Shown here one piece after another: positions 1 through 8,947 of a stretch of DNA of 64,000 nt. Below the pieces are notes generated by a model. It was given only the letters and a program-made list of their open reading frames with translations. It made no database searches and was not told the origin of the DNA. Positions within the stretch are counted from its first letter, which is position 1. Every line of letters begins with the position of its first letter. The stretch covers positions 10,370 through 74,369 of the forward strand of contig JBBRLT010000003.1 in assembly GCA_038231235.1 (NCBI GenBank). Direction: 5' to 3'. The stretch comes from Terriglobales bacterium (lineage in GTDB: Bacteria > Acidobacteriota > Terriglobia > Terriglobales > Acidobacteriaceae). The position numbers and the translations under genes are program-made.

Positions 1-62
1 ATACACTGAGCAACAGAGCCGTCTCACAGAACCACACAGGTGTTCTAAACAGGAGAGTTTGA

Positions 63-2012
63 TTGCCCCCTGATCTTCGTTTTCTCTTCATTGCTGCCTG
101 CCTGCTCGCCGCGCCACTTGCCAATCACGCCCAGTCCCCACCACAGCCCATCCGGCTCACTGTAGATGTGACCGACGCTCCACGCCGCATCTTGCATGCG
201 GAAGAGACGCTGCCGGTGAAGCCAGGCGCGCAGACGCTGGTCTATCCGAAGTGGATTCCGGGCGAGCATGGCCCGACCGGCCCCATCGATGACTTGGCAG
301 GCCTGTTCATAACAGCGAATGGTCAGCAGCTTGCATGGCGGCGCGATGATGTCGATCAGTTCGCCTTCCACATCACTGTGCCGCCAGGCGTGGCAGAGCT
401 GAAGATCAAGCTCGACTTTCTGGCAACGGCCGCAGCCTCCGGCTTCTCCGCTGGCGCCTCGACCAGCGCGAATCTGGCGCTGGTGAGCTGGAACACCGTG
501 GTGCTGTATCCAGAAGGCGCCAAAGCGAGCGAAGTGATGGTCGAACCCTCGGCGCGCATCCCGGAGAGCTGGAAATACGGGACTGCATTGACAAAGGTGG
601 GTGGCGGCGCGAGCGATCCCAGCTTTCAGAAGGTATCGCTGGAGCAACTTGTCGATTCGCCGCTGCTGACCGGCCGTTACTTCCGCGAGTGGTCGCTGGC
701 TGCCGAGACATCGCCCAAGCACTACCTCGATGTCGCCGCCGATGGGCCGGAGGACCTGCAGATCCGGCCAGAGCTGCTGGCAGGCTTCAATAACCTGGTA
801 CGGGAGACCGGCGCGCTCTACCAGTCACGACACTACAACAGTTACCACTTCCTGATGACGCTGAGCGACCAGGTGGCGCATTTCGGTCTGGAGCATCATC
901 AATCGAGCGACGATCGCATTCCAGAGAAGAGCTTTCTCGATCCCAACCTGGAATTGCTAGCCGGGGGCCTGCTGCCGCATGAATTTACCCACTCCTGGAA
1001 TGGCAAATACCGCAGGCCCGCCGGACTGGCCACGCCCAACTATCAGGAGCCGATGAAGGGCGAGCTGTTGTGGGTGTATGAAGGCCTGACCGAGTACCTG
1101 GGCAATATCCTGACTGCGCGTAGCGGGATCTGGAGTGCGGAGCAGTATCGCGAGGCGCTGGCGCTGACCGCGGCGACGATGGATGCGCGGCCCGGGCGGA
1201 CTTGGCGCGATCTGGAAGATACCGCCGTAGCAGCGCAGATTCTCTACTCGTCGAGCGATGCCTGGGACAACTGGCGGCGCAGTGTGGACTATTACCCGGA
1301 GGGCGAGTTGCTGTGGCTGGAGGCGGATACCATCATCCGCAAGCAGACCGGCGGCAAGAAGAGCCTGAACGATTTCTGTGCGCGCTTCTATGGAGGCACT
1401 ACAGGGGGGCTAGCGGGAAACACCGAACCCAAAGTGGTGCCGTACACCTTCGACGATGTGGTCCAGAACTTGAACGCGGTCGCGCCGTATGACTGGGCAG
1501 GCTTCCTGCGCGAGCGCATTACTGCCAAGCAGGAGCACGCGCCGCTGGGCGGCATCACCAACAGCGGCTGGAAACTGGCATACACCGAAAAGCCAACCGG
1601 CTACATGGCAGCCGCAGAGAAGGGCGGCTTGAATGCATGGTGGTCGCTTGGTCTCAAGGTGAATGAGGATGGCAAAGTGGGCGACGTGCTGAAGGGCTCG
1701 CCCGCAGACCGTGCCGGCTTCGGCCCGAGCATGCAGATCGTGGCGGTGAGTGGCCGCGCGTATGACGACGACCTGCTGCGCGCAGCGCTCGATCAAGCCA
1801 GAGAAGGACAGGAAAAGGATGCAGCGAACGATCAGGAGAGCATGCCGGAGAACAAAGGGCCGATCGAGTTCATCGTGTCCAACACGTCGTACTTCAAGGT
1901 GCTGAAGGTGGACTACCACGGTGGCCAGCGCTATCCGTATCTCGAGCAGGTGAAGGGCGAGAAGGATGTGTTGGGGGAGATTTTGAAGCCGTTGGCGGCG
2001 TTGAAGAAGTGA
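63..2012 (+). CDS. Secreted M61-family zinc metallopeptidase (glycyl aminopeptidase-like) with C-terminal PDZ domain
   Basis: 649-aa ORF. N-terminal signal-like segment FLFIAACLLAAPLANHAQS. Zincin motif HEFTHSWNGKYRRP as in peptidase M61. PDZ-like GDVLKGSPADRAGFGPSMQIVAVSG near the C-terminus. TTG start per ORF track. Confidence 0.85.
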   Translation: MPPDLRFLFIAACLLAAPLANHAQSPPQPIRLTVDVTDAPRRILHAEETLPVKPGAQTLVYPKWIPGEHGPTGPIDDLAGLFITANGQQLAWRRDDVDQFAFHITVPPGVAELKIKLDFLATAAASGFSAGASTSANLALVSWNTVVLYPEGAKASEVMVEPSARIPESWKYGTALTKVGGGASDPSFQKVSLEQLVDSPLLTGRYFREWSLAAETSPKHYLDVAADGPEDLQIRPELLAGFNNLVRETGALYQSRHYNSYHFLMTLSDQVAHFGLEHHQSSDDRIPEKSFLDPNLELLAGGLLPHEFTHSWNGKYRRPAGLATPNYQEPMKGELLWVYEGLTEYLGNILTARSGIWSAEQYREALALTAATMDARPGRTWRDLEDTAVAAQILYSSSDAWDNWRRSVDYYPEGELLWLEADTIIRKQTGGKKSLNDFCARFYGGTTGGLAGNTEPKVVPYTFDDVVQNLNAVAPYDWAGFLRERITAKQEHAPLGGITNSGWKLAYTEKPTGYMAAAEKGGLNAWWSLGLKVNEDGKVGDVLKGSPADRAGFGPSMQIVAVSGRAYDDDLLRAALDQAREGQEKDAANDQESMPENKGPIEFIVSNTSYFKVLKVDYHGGQRYPYLEQVKGEKDVLGEILKPLAALKK

Positions 2013-2018
2013 GAAGCA

Positions 2019-2480
2019 TTAGCTCCCCGGAACTTTATCTATGAGCCTCATCCCTCGGATTGGATGTGAGACACAAACGTTCCCGCCGCCCTGTGCTACA
2101 ACGACGCTGCCATCGCTCAGGGAACAAGTCCACCCTTCGTAGCCGGCTGAGGCGTTGAAAGCTTCTAGGCAAACGCCATTGAGAAAGCTGATGGTTAGGT
2201 CTCCGCTGACTTCATTAACTTCTACCGAAGTTACAGAAGAAGTCGAGAGAAGCTCACGCGTCTTTGCGATTCCATCCATTCGTTGCTTGAGTCCAAATAG
2301 CTGTTGATCATCCTCATATCCAAAGACCACTCGTCCATGCAGCAAAAATCTCCAGGGACAGTCGAGGTTTAGGCTGGCGCGACTTGAACCGAACGAAAAC
2401 TGCCACAGGTAGTCCGCCTTGACGACATTGGTGCAATGAAGTCCGACCAAGGTATCAATAAGGAGTTGTAGTCCATTCAT
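2019..2480 (-). CDS. Hypothetical protein (153 aa), lower-GC orphan downstream of recJ
   Basis: Intact ORF on the same strand as recJ, 42 bp downstream of the recJ stop. Visibly lower G+C than its flanks. I recognise no catalytic or family motif. Confidence 0.5.
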   Translation of the reverse strand: MNGLQLLIDTLVGLHCTNVVKADYLWQFSFGSSRASLNLDCPWRFLLHGRVVFGYEDDQQLFGLKQRMDGIAKTRELLSTSSVTSVEVNEVSGDLTISFLNGVCLEAFNASAGYEGWTCSLSDGSVVVAQGGGNVCVSHPIRGMRLIDKVPGS

Positions 2481-2522
2481 GATGAGGAAAGTCTACTGGA
2501 GCTTAGGTGCGATCTTGCTGAC

Positions 2523-4340
2523 TTATCTACAATCGACCACGCCAAACTCCACCGTTCGCAGATCCACAATCTCCAATTCAATCCCGCCGAAGTCGGGATG
2601 TTCGTTGAGACGGATGCGATAGGCCAGGTTGATGGTGCTGCCGGGGGCGAGTGCCAGGCAGCGGAGGCGCTCCGCCCAGCGCCAGCCGATGGCGGAGATC
2701 GCGGCTTGCTGCTGGCGCACGCGTAATCGGACATGCTGCTCTTTGATCAATAGCGGTGCAGCATCGAGCGTCAGCCCGTAGGTGACGAAGACCGGCTCCT
2801 CGTTGCCCACGCCATACGGCTCAAGCTGGCGCAGCGCCTGGTAGAGCGATGGCGTGATCTGGTCGAGCGCGAGTTCGGCGCTTACATCGAGCTTGCGTTC
2901 GAGTATCTGTGGCGTAAGCGCGGTCGCCGAATGTTGGCGGAGCCGCTCGCGCAGTTCCGGCAGGCGGGCAGACTCCAGCGAGAAGCCGACCGCGTGTGCG
3001 TGGCCGCCGAAGCGCAAAAAGACATCGGCGCAGCTCTCCAGCGCGTCCAGTAGATGGAAGCCGGGGATGGAGCGGCCCGATCCGTGCGCTTCTCCGTCTT
3101 CATGGCTCAGAACGAGTGCCGGACGTCCGGTACGCTCGACCACACGCGAGGCCAGGATGCCCAGCACGCCGCGGTGCCAGCCTTGGCCATCAATGACCAG
3201 GCAGCCCGTCGCATCCAGGTCCCCGGCAGTCAGGAGCGTATCGATCTGCGCAAGGACCGCAGCCTCCGCATCGCGACGCTCGGTGTTGAGGCGGTCGAGC
3301 TTGGTGGCCAGCTCCTGCGCGCGTGCGATATCACGAGTGGTGAAGAGTTCGACGACATCGGAGGCTACGTCCATGCGGCCAGCCGCGTTGATGCGCGGGC
3401 CCAGCCGGAATCCGATGTCGGATGCAGTCAAAGCCCGCTTGGCAGGGTCGAGTTGCGCGACAGCGAGCAGCGCACGCAGGCCGGCGTTGACGGGACGGCG
3501 CAGTTCTGCGATGCCGAGCGCGGCGATGACGCGGTTCTCACCAATCAGCGGCACGGCATCGGCGACGGTAGCGATGACCAGCATCTTGAGGAAGGAGGGA
3601 AGCAGCCGCTCCCGCACCCGCGGAATGGTCGATGCCTCTAGCAGCGCCTGCCCCAGCTTGAATGCCACGCCTGCGCCACACAGGTGCTTGGACGGGTAGC
3701 CGCAGTCCGGTTGGTTAGGATTGATCACCGCGAGCGCTTTGGGCAGGCCGTGCGCAGCTTCGGGCAGATGGTGGTCGGTGACGATCAGGTCCAGTGATAG
3801 CCGGGCGGCCTCCTCCGCAGCAGCAAAGGCGCGGATGCCTGTGTCCACGCTGATAACCAGCCGCACGCCTTCCGCAGCCGCGCGCGTCAGCACCTCCGCC
3901 CGCATGCCATAGCCATCGCGCAGCCGGTGCGGTATGTGGTAGCGCACGGTGCCGCCGAGCAACTCGATCGCCGTCTTCAGCAGAACAATCGCAGTTGTGC
4001 CGTCGACGTCGTAGTCGCCGTAGATGAGGATGGGCTCATGTCGAGCGATAGCGTGCTGGATGCGCGCGACCGCTGCGGTCATGCCGTGGAGCGCATAGGG
4101 ATCGTGTAGCTGATCGAGCGTGGGATGAAGAAAGGCGGCTGCGCTGGCTGCGTCGATTCCGCGCGCCAATAGCAGGGAAGCCACAGGGAGCGGGACACCC
4201 GCAGCCTGCGCCATGGCTGTCGCCGTATGGAGGTCGAACACTGGCAGTAGCCACTGCGCGTAGACGGAAGCGTACGCCACGGATTCAGTTGGCGCGGCCG
4301 CGGTAGCGCTCACGCTGGCCGCCTCATTCGTCGTCCGCAT
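2523..4340 (-). CDS. recJ: Single-stranded-DNA-specific exonuclease RecJ
   Basis: 605-aa ORF. DHH-family motifs LIYGDYDVDGTTA, ISVDTG and IVTDHHLP. DHHA1-type GGHAHAVGFS. The exact start is uncertain within about 20 codons. Confidence 0.9.
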   Translation of the reverse strand: MRTTNEAASVSATAAAPTESVAYASVYAQWLLPVFDLHTATAMAQAAGVPLPVASLLLARGIDAASAAAFLHPTLDQLHDPYALHGMTAAVARIQHAIARHEPILIYGDYDVDGTTAIVLLKTAIELLGGTVRYHIPHRLRDGYGMRAEVLTRAAAEGVRLVISVDTGIRAFAAAEEAARLSLDLIVTDHHLPEAAHGLPKALAVINPNQPDCGYPSKHLCGAGVAFKLGQALLEASTIPRVRERLLPSFLKMLVIATVADAVPLIGENRVIAALGIAELRRPVNAGLRALLAVAQLDPAKRALTASDIGFRLGPRINAAGRMDVASDVVELFTTRDIARAQELATKLDRLNTERRDAEAAVLAQIDTLLTAGDLDATGCLVIDGQGWHRGVLGILASRVVERTGRPALVLSHEDGEAHGSGRSIPGFHLLDALESCADVFLRFGGHAHAVGFSLESARLPELRERLRQHSATALTPQILERKLDVSAELALDQITPSLYQALRQLEPYGVGNEEPVFVTYGLTLDAAPLLIKEQHVRLRVRQQQAAISAIGWRWAERLRCLALAPGSTINLAYRIRLNEHPDFGGIELEIVDLRTVEFGVVDCR

Positions 4341-4791
4341 CCTCGTTGATGACGATGTCGCCTACGCTCTCCAGCGATTCCAGCAGCTGTTGGTAGCGGT
4401 CGTACCACTCGGTCGAGCTCTCATGCAGGAACATGATGCCCTGGTGAGCAAAGCCCAGCTGCACGAAGCCGGTCTTGCCGACGTAGTTCACCAGAAATTC
4501 TGCATCGTCGGCGTCCGGCACTTCGTCGGGGAAGTTGAAGTCGCGCAGGTCTTCCAGCAGCGACTGCAGATCTTCCTTCTCCAGCGTGATGTCGCTCATG
4601 GTGAGGAAGGGCGCCTGCGCGGTCTTCGCCATCTCGACGAAGTCCTTCCAGCTATCCGGGTTCTGCTCGTCTTCCCACAGCACCGAGGCGACGTCTTCCA
4701 TGACGAAGCCGGGCAGCCGCCGCATGCCATGGCCTTCGATGAATGCGATCATGTCGTCTTTGAGCGAGTGGAGATTGTCGGGAGGCATCAT
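4324..4791 (-). CDS. Highly acidic hypothetical protein (155 aa), overlaps the recJ start by 17 nt
   Basis: ORF with 20 Asp + 16 Glu versus 5 Lys + 4 Arg, counted from the translation. Its 3' end (4324) overlaps the annotated recJ start (4340). ATG start. Confidence 0.6.
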   Translation of the reverse strand: MMPPDNLHSLKDDMIAFIEGHGMRRLPGFVMEDVASVLWEDEQNPDSWKDFVEMAKTAQAPFLTMSDITLEKEDLQSLLEDLRDFNFPDEVPDADDAEFLVNYVGKTGFVQLGFAHQGIMFLHESSTEWYDRYQQLLESLESVGDIVINEDADDE

Positions 4792-4965
4792 TGCGAGGCC
4801 TATTTTCGCAGATAGAGATACGCTCTGCGGCCGGTGACGAGGAAAACCCGTCCCGTCAGGCCGGGGTGGTACGGACGAAGGCCTGGCATAGCTGGAGGCA
4901 GAGGAGCGCGTGTCCGGTGGAGCGAAATGGTTACCACGGGTATGCTATATTCCGGAGAACGATCG

Positions 4966-5244
4966 ATGATTTTCTCCAACGAATATGTGGGCTACCTGGC
5001 TCGCAGGACGGTCCGCGGACTGCTTGAAGCGAAGGTGATCAAGACGGCAAAGCCGGCTCTGCTGAGTGAGCGGGTGGCTGCCGGGCTGCTGGATGAACTG
5101 AAGCTGGAAGATCGCATCAATGAAGAGGTCCGCCTGATCCTGGAGGCCTACCAGGAAGATATGCGCAGGACCGGCGCAAGTTATCCCGACATGTTCAAAA
5201 AGGTAAAGATGGAGCTGGCCCGCAAGTACAAGGCGGTGCTGTGA
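4966..5244 (+). CDS. DUF507-like small protein (first of a tandem pair)
   Basis: In-frame ATG at 4966 preceded by GGAG at 4954-4957. The product MIFSNEYVGYLARRTVRGLL...KVKMELARKYKAVL resembles DUF507-family proteins (from memory). The N-terminal part of the 4834 ORF is Arg/Gly-rich and unlikely to be coding. Confidence 0.65.
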   Translation: MIFSNEYVGYLARRTVRGLLEAKVIKTAKPALLSERVAAGLLDELKLEDRINEEVRLILEAYQEDMRRTGASYPDMFKKVKMELARKYKAVL

Positions 5245-5516
5245 GAATCTCCCGCGACAAGCTCAACAAGCTGGCCCATGTGGTCGCCGACACGCTCGCC
5301 GATATCGAGGAGTGCGAGTTCCAGGAAGAGCGGAATACGGTCCGCCAGGAGGCGCGTAAGGTGCTGGAGACGCTTCTGCTGGAGGAGACCAGACTGGATC
5401 AGGCAGCACGCCTTAAGATCTCTTCGCAGCGGCGGATCATCCCGGAGGGCAGCATGGAGTGGGACATTCTCTACCGGAAGTACTACAACGAAGAGGTCAA
5501 GAAGCTGGGAATCTAG
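5241..5516 (+). CDS. DUF507-like small protein (second of a tandem pair)
   Basis: 91-aa ORF. Its GTG start overlaps the upstream stop as GTGA (5241-5244), suggesting translational coupling. Charged helical sequence similar in style to the upstream paralog. Confidence 0.65.
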   Translation: MRISRDKLNKLAHVVADTLADIEECEFQEERNTVRQEARKVLETLLLEETRLDQAARLKISSQRRIIPEGSMEWDILYRKYYNEEVKKLGI

Positions 5517-5600
5517 ACCGAAACAGGATTGGTCCCGACCCCCGGGGGCCGGCAAAGTTTGTTACAGTAACGGAGGTGGTCCTCCCCTTCCACCGTGTGT

Positions 5601-5675
5601 GGCGCTATCGTCTAGGGGTTAGGACGCGGCCCTCTCAAGGCTGAAGCTCGGGTTCAATTCCCGATAGCGCTACCA
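5601..5675 (+). tRNA. tRNA-Glu (anticodon CUC), CCA encoded
   Basis: Folded by hand into a cloverleaf. Acceptor GGCGCTA/TAGCGCT (one G-U pair). D-stem GTCT/GGAC. Anticodon stem CGGCC/GGCTG with loop CTCTCAA, giving anticodon CTC. T-stem TCGGG/CCCGA with loop TTCAATT. Discriminator A followed by CCA. Confidence 0.85.
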
Positions 5676-5932
5676 AACCTTCTGCTCTAAATCATTGCAA
5701 ATACATAGCTGTTCGGTAGTCTGCACAGTAAGCAGCTGCGCAGCCTTCATGACTGCCGATCCGGTCTTCGGCAAAGCCGCCCGTCTGCGGCAACAGGCGG
5801 CGGCAGGGGTAGACGCATTCGGCCCAAATCGGATTGCTGTGTCTCGGCTTTCGGTAATACCGCCTGAGTATCATTCCGTCTGCTAGATAACAGTGAGTAA
5901 GCTCAGATTAAGAAGGCAGGCACGCAGATTCC

Positions 5933-7483
5933 ATGATCCGCTTCTCCAAACCGGCGATACTTGTAGCGCTCGCTTTGGTGGGCCTGCATCTGCTCGCCGC
6001 CTGGTTTAGGCTTCCGAGCCTGTTGATCAACCTGCTGATCATGGCTGCTCCAGTCGCAGCGGCGTTGGCCTGCCTGTGGCGCAGCCTGCATGGATCCGCG
6101 TTGTTAGTGGACAAGTGGCGGCTGTTGGCGCTGGGCCTGATGGTCTGGGCCAGCGGTCAGGCATGGTACCTGTATGCCCTCACAGCAAAGTCCGCGCTGG
6201 AGGCGTTCGCACTTCCCTGTGACTTCTGGTTCCTGACCTACGCCATCTTCGTGATGCTGGCCATCAGTTCTGTGGGCGAGGGTCAGGATTCGACAGCGAT
6301 CCTGGTGGCGGACGGGGCGCTGGCATTGCTGGCCATCGCGCTCATTTACATCACGCTCTTCATGCAGGCTCATGGAGATCGCACACCCCTTCCGTCCTCA
6401 CAGATCACGATGCTGTACCTGGCGGAGAACCTGGCGCTCAGCATGACTGCCACGCTCCGCTTGCTGGCCATGCCCAGGGGTGAGGATCGATTCTTCCATC
6501 GCACCGCCTGCATATTCGCCTGGTTGATGCTGCTGGTCTCGACGCCGCTGAACTACATCGATGTATACGTAAAGTCGACTGATGGGCGGCCGATCGAAGC
6601 CGCGTGGCAGATTCCGTTCCTCGCCGTCTTCGTGCTTGCGTTATCGCGCAACAAGCGGTCGGATCCCCATGCGGTCGAAAAGACGCGGACGCTCGGCGCC
6701 ATGATTGTCTACAACGCGAGCCCGGTCTTCTTCACCATGTGCGTGCTGCTGCTGGGCGCGCGTCTGGCGCAGCTTCGCCCCAGGATGGGTTTTGGTGCAG
6801 TGCTGGCCGCCCTGCTTATCTATACCTTCCGTGCCTCGATTCTGCAGACGCGGCTCCGCCTGGTCCAGGACGAGTTGAATGCGAGCGAGCGGCTGTTGAA
6901 GCAGATGAACAGCCGTTTGCATGAGCAGAGTCTGGCGGATGCATTGACCGGTGTCCCGAATCGGCGGCACTTCGAGCAGACGCTGGAGCTGGAATGGAAC
7001 CGGGCCATGCGTTCCAGTTGGCCCCTCTCGCTGGTAATGCTCGACGTGGATCACTTCAAGGCGCTGAACGATCGTTATGGGCACCAGCGGGGAGATGAGT
7101 GTCTGACCACGGTGGCGCAGATGCTGCGCCACGATCTGCGCCGTGGCGGTGAGTTTCTGGCGCGCTACGGCGGGGAAGAGTTCGTCGCGGTGCTGCCGAA
7201 TGTGGACGCCGCAGGCGCCATGCAGACGGCAGAGGCCATGCGTGCTCGCGTAGAAGATCTCAACATCGAGAATCAGGGCTCGCCCTTCGGCACGCTGACG
7301 GTGAGCGCAGGCGTCTGCACTCTGGTGCCCATACGCAGCATGACCCGCGAGCGGATGCTGGCCGCGGCCGACGCGGCCCTGTACCGCGCCAAGGCGGGCG
7401 GACGGAACCGGGTTGAGTTGGCGTCAGCACAGGTGAAGCCCGTATCGTCGCACTCCGCCGCGGCGCTCCTGGTCGAAGAGTAA
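5933..7483 (+). CDS. Membrane-anchored diguanylate cyclase (GGDEF domain)
   Basis: 516-aa ORF. About 330 aa of hydrophobic multi-TM N-terminus, then a coiled linker. GGDEF domain with DALTGVPNRRHF, LDVDHFKALNDRYGH and active-site RYGGEEFVAV. Confidence 0.85.
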   Translation: MIRFSKPAILVALALVGLHLLAAWFRLPSLLINLLIMAAPVAAALACLWRSLHGSALLVDKWRLLALGLMVWASGQAWYLYALTAKSALEAFALPCDFWFLTYAIFVMLAISSVGEGQDSTAILVADGALALLAIALIYITLFMQAHGDRTPLPSSQITMLYLAENLALSMTATLRLLAMPRGEDRFFHRTACIFAWLMLLVSTPLNYIDVYVKSTDGRPIEAAWQIPFLAVFVLALSRNKRSDPHAVEKTRTLGAMIVYNASPVFFTMCVLLLGARLAQLRPRMGFGAVLAALLIYTFRASILQTRLRLVQDELNASERLLKQMNSRLHEQSLADALTGVPNRRHFEQTLELEWNRAMRSSWPLSLVMLDVDHFKALNDRYGHQRGDECLTTVAQMLRHDLRRGGEFLARYGGEEFVAVLPNVDAAGAMQTAEAMRARVEDLNIENQGSPFGTLTVSAGVCTLVPIRSMTRERMLAAADAALYRAKAGGRNRVELASAQVKPVSSHSAAALLVEE

Positions 7484-7512
7484 CGAAGCCGCCGCAGCTT
7501 TCACCCTGTCCC

Positions 7513-8727
7513 TCAACTAGTAGCGGAGTAGCTGATCGCCGCTTCCACCATGCGCGCCCGGTCCAGCGCCTGCGACAGGTCCGCGATGATATCGCGCGGA
7601 TCTTCCAGCCCAACCGAGAGCCGCACCAGTCCGTCGCTGATGCCGGTACGCTCGCGTACCTCTCGCGGCACATCGGCATGCGTCATGCTGACGGGGTGAG
7701 TGATCAGGGTCTCTGCCGCGCCCAGGTTCTCTGCCAGCACGCATAGCTGGACCGCATTCATCAAGGCGATGCCCGCCTCCGTGCCTTGCTTCAGTTCGAA
7801 GGCCAGCACGCCGCCATTCAGCGCGTGTTGCCGCTCCGCCAGCTCGCGCTGCGGGAAGCTGGCAAGCCCCGGATAGTGCACGCGAGCGACGTCCGGATGT
7901 TGTTCCAGCCACTCGGCCACCACCAGTGCTCCGCGCGAGTGCTGCTGCAGCCGCAAGGGAAGCGTCTTGATGCCGCGCGCGGTCAGCCAGGCCTCCTGCG
8001 GCGACTGGATGGAGCCGAGGGTCTTTCGGACCAGGCGCAGGCGATCGAGGATTTGCGGGTCGCGCGTGGCCACAGAGCCACCCACCGTGGCGTTATGGCC
8101 TTCGATGTACTTGGTTGTCGAGAGTAGCGTGATGTCCGCACCCAGGTCGAGCGGCCGCAGCAGGAGCGGCGTCAGGAAGGTGTTATCGACCACCAGTAGC
8201 AGGCCGGCCGGGCGGGTGATGGCTGCGATGGCCTCGACATCGGTCAGTTTGAGCGTGGGGTTGGCTGGGGTCTCGATAAAGACCATACGCGTAGCCGGGG
8301 TGATCGCTTCCTTCACCGCGGCGGGGTTCGCCGTGTCGACAAAGCTGGCCTGCAGGTTGAAGTTGTTGAGCACTTGGCTGAACAGCCGCACCGTGCCGCC
8401 ATAGAGGACGTCTGAGAGCACGACGTGATCGCCGGCCTTGAGCAGTCCCAGCAGGATGGCCGATATGGCCGCCATGCCGGTGGCGAAACAGATGGCTGGT
8501 GGGGTGTCTTCGAGCGCGCCGAGTGCCTCTTCAAGCGCCGAGACGGTGGGATTCGATGCGCGTGAATAGGTGTGGCCCTTGTGGACACCTACAGCATCCT
8601 GGCGATAGGTCGTGGATTGATAGATGGGGGTCAGCAGTGCGCCAGTTGCAGGGTCGGCATGCAGGCCGCCGCGCACGGCGCTGGTGAGGTGCGAATCCAG
8701 ATCAAAAGGCTTGATGGGTTGGGACAT
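7513..8727 (-). CDS. Cys/Met-metabolism PLP-dependent enzyme (cystathionine gamma-synthase / gamma-lyase / beta-lyase family)
   Basis: 404-aa ORF. Family-typical segments YSRASNPT, DNTFLTP and the PLP-lysine region STTKYIEGH. Exact substrate specificity cannot be read from the sequence. Confidence 0.85.
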   Translation of the reverse strand: MSQPIKPFDLDSHLTSAVRGGLHADPATGALLTPIYQSTTYRQDAVGVHKGHTYSRASNPTVSALEEALGALEDTPPAICFATGMAAISAILLGLLKAGDHVVLSDVLYGGTVRLFSQVLNNFNLQASFVDTANPAAVKEAITPATRMVFIETPANPTLKLTDVEAIAAITRPAGLLLVVDNTFLTPLLLRPLDLGADITLLSTTKYIEGHNATVGGSVATRDPQILDRLRLVRKTLGSIQSPQEAWLTARGIKTLPLRLQQHSRGALVVAEWLEQHPDVARVHYPGLASFPQRELAERQHALNGGVLAFELKQGTEAGIALMNAVQLCVLAENLGAAETLITHPVSMTHADVPREVRERTGISDGLVRLSVGLEDPRDIIADLSQALDRARMVEAAISYSATS

Positions 8728-8947
8728 GTCGATCCTCCGGGCACGGGAAATGTCGGTACAGCTCAGGACAAGACTGCCGCATTACCCTAGGCGGCATGTG
8801 CACGGGAGGAGAGCGCTTCAGGCTCCTGGCGTGGACAGCGGACCGCCTAGGGTTCGCATGGCCATAGGCATTCGCCGGGCTGGTAGAAAGCACTGCATAG
8901 TTGAAATCATCGGAAATGGCTAAGGGAAAGTCAAGTCGCGGCCCGGT

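Noticed and set aside
45-722. 225-aa minus-strand ORF at the window start
   Set aside because: It is antisense to the M61 peptidase gene, which has a signal peptide and a continuous 649-aa frame. No motif is present.
5517-5932. An integrated element at tRNA-Glu
   Set aside because: No integrase or other foreign gene lies next to the tRNA, and I saw no repeat of the tRNA 3' end nearby. The flanking small ORFs (5692-5886) overlap each other on both strands and look spurious.
8728-8947. A known SAM riboswitch upstream of the Cys/Met PLP gene
   Set aside because: I could not find the SAM-I/IV cores (GAGGGA...GGCAACC) or SAM-II-like elements in the leader by eye. I kept it only as an unclassified structured leader.
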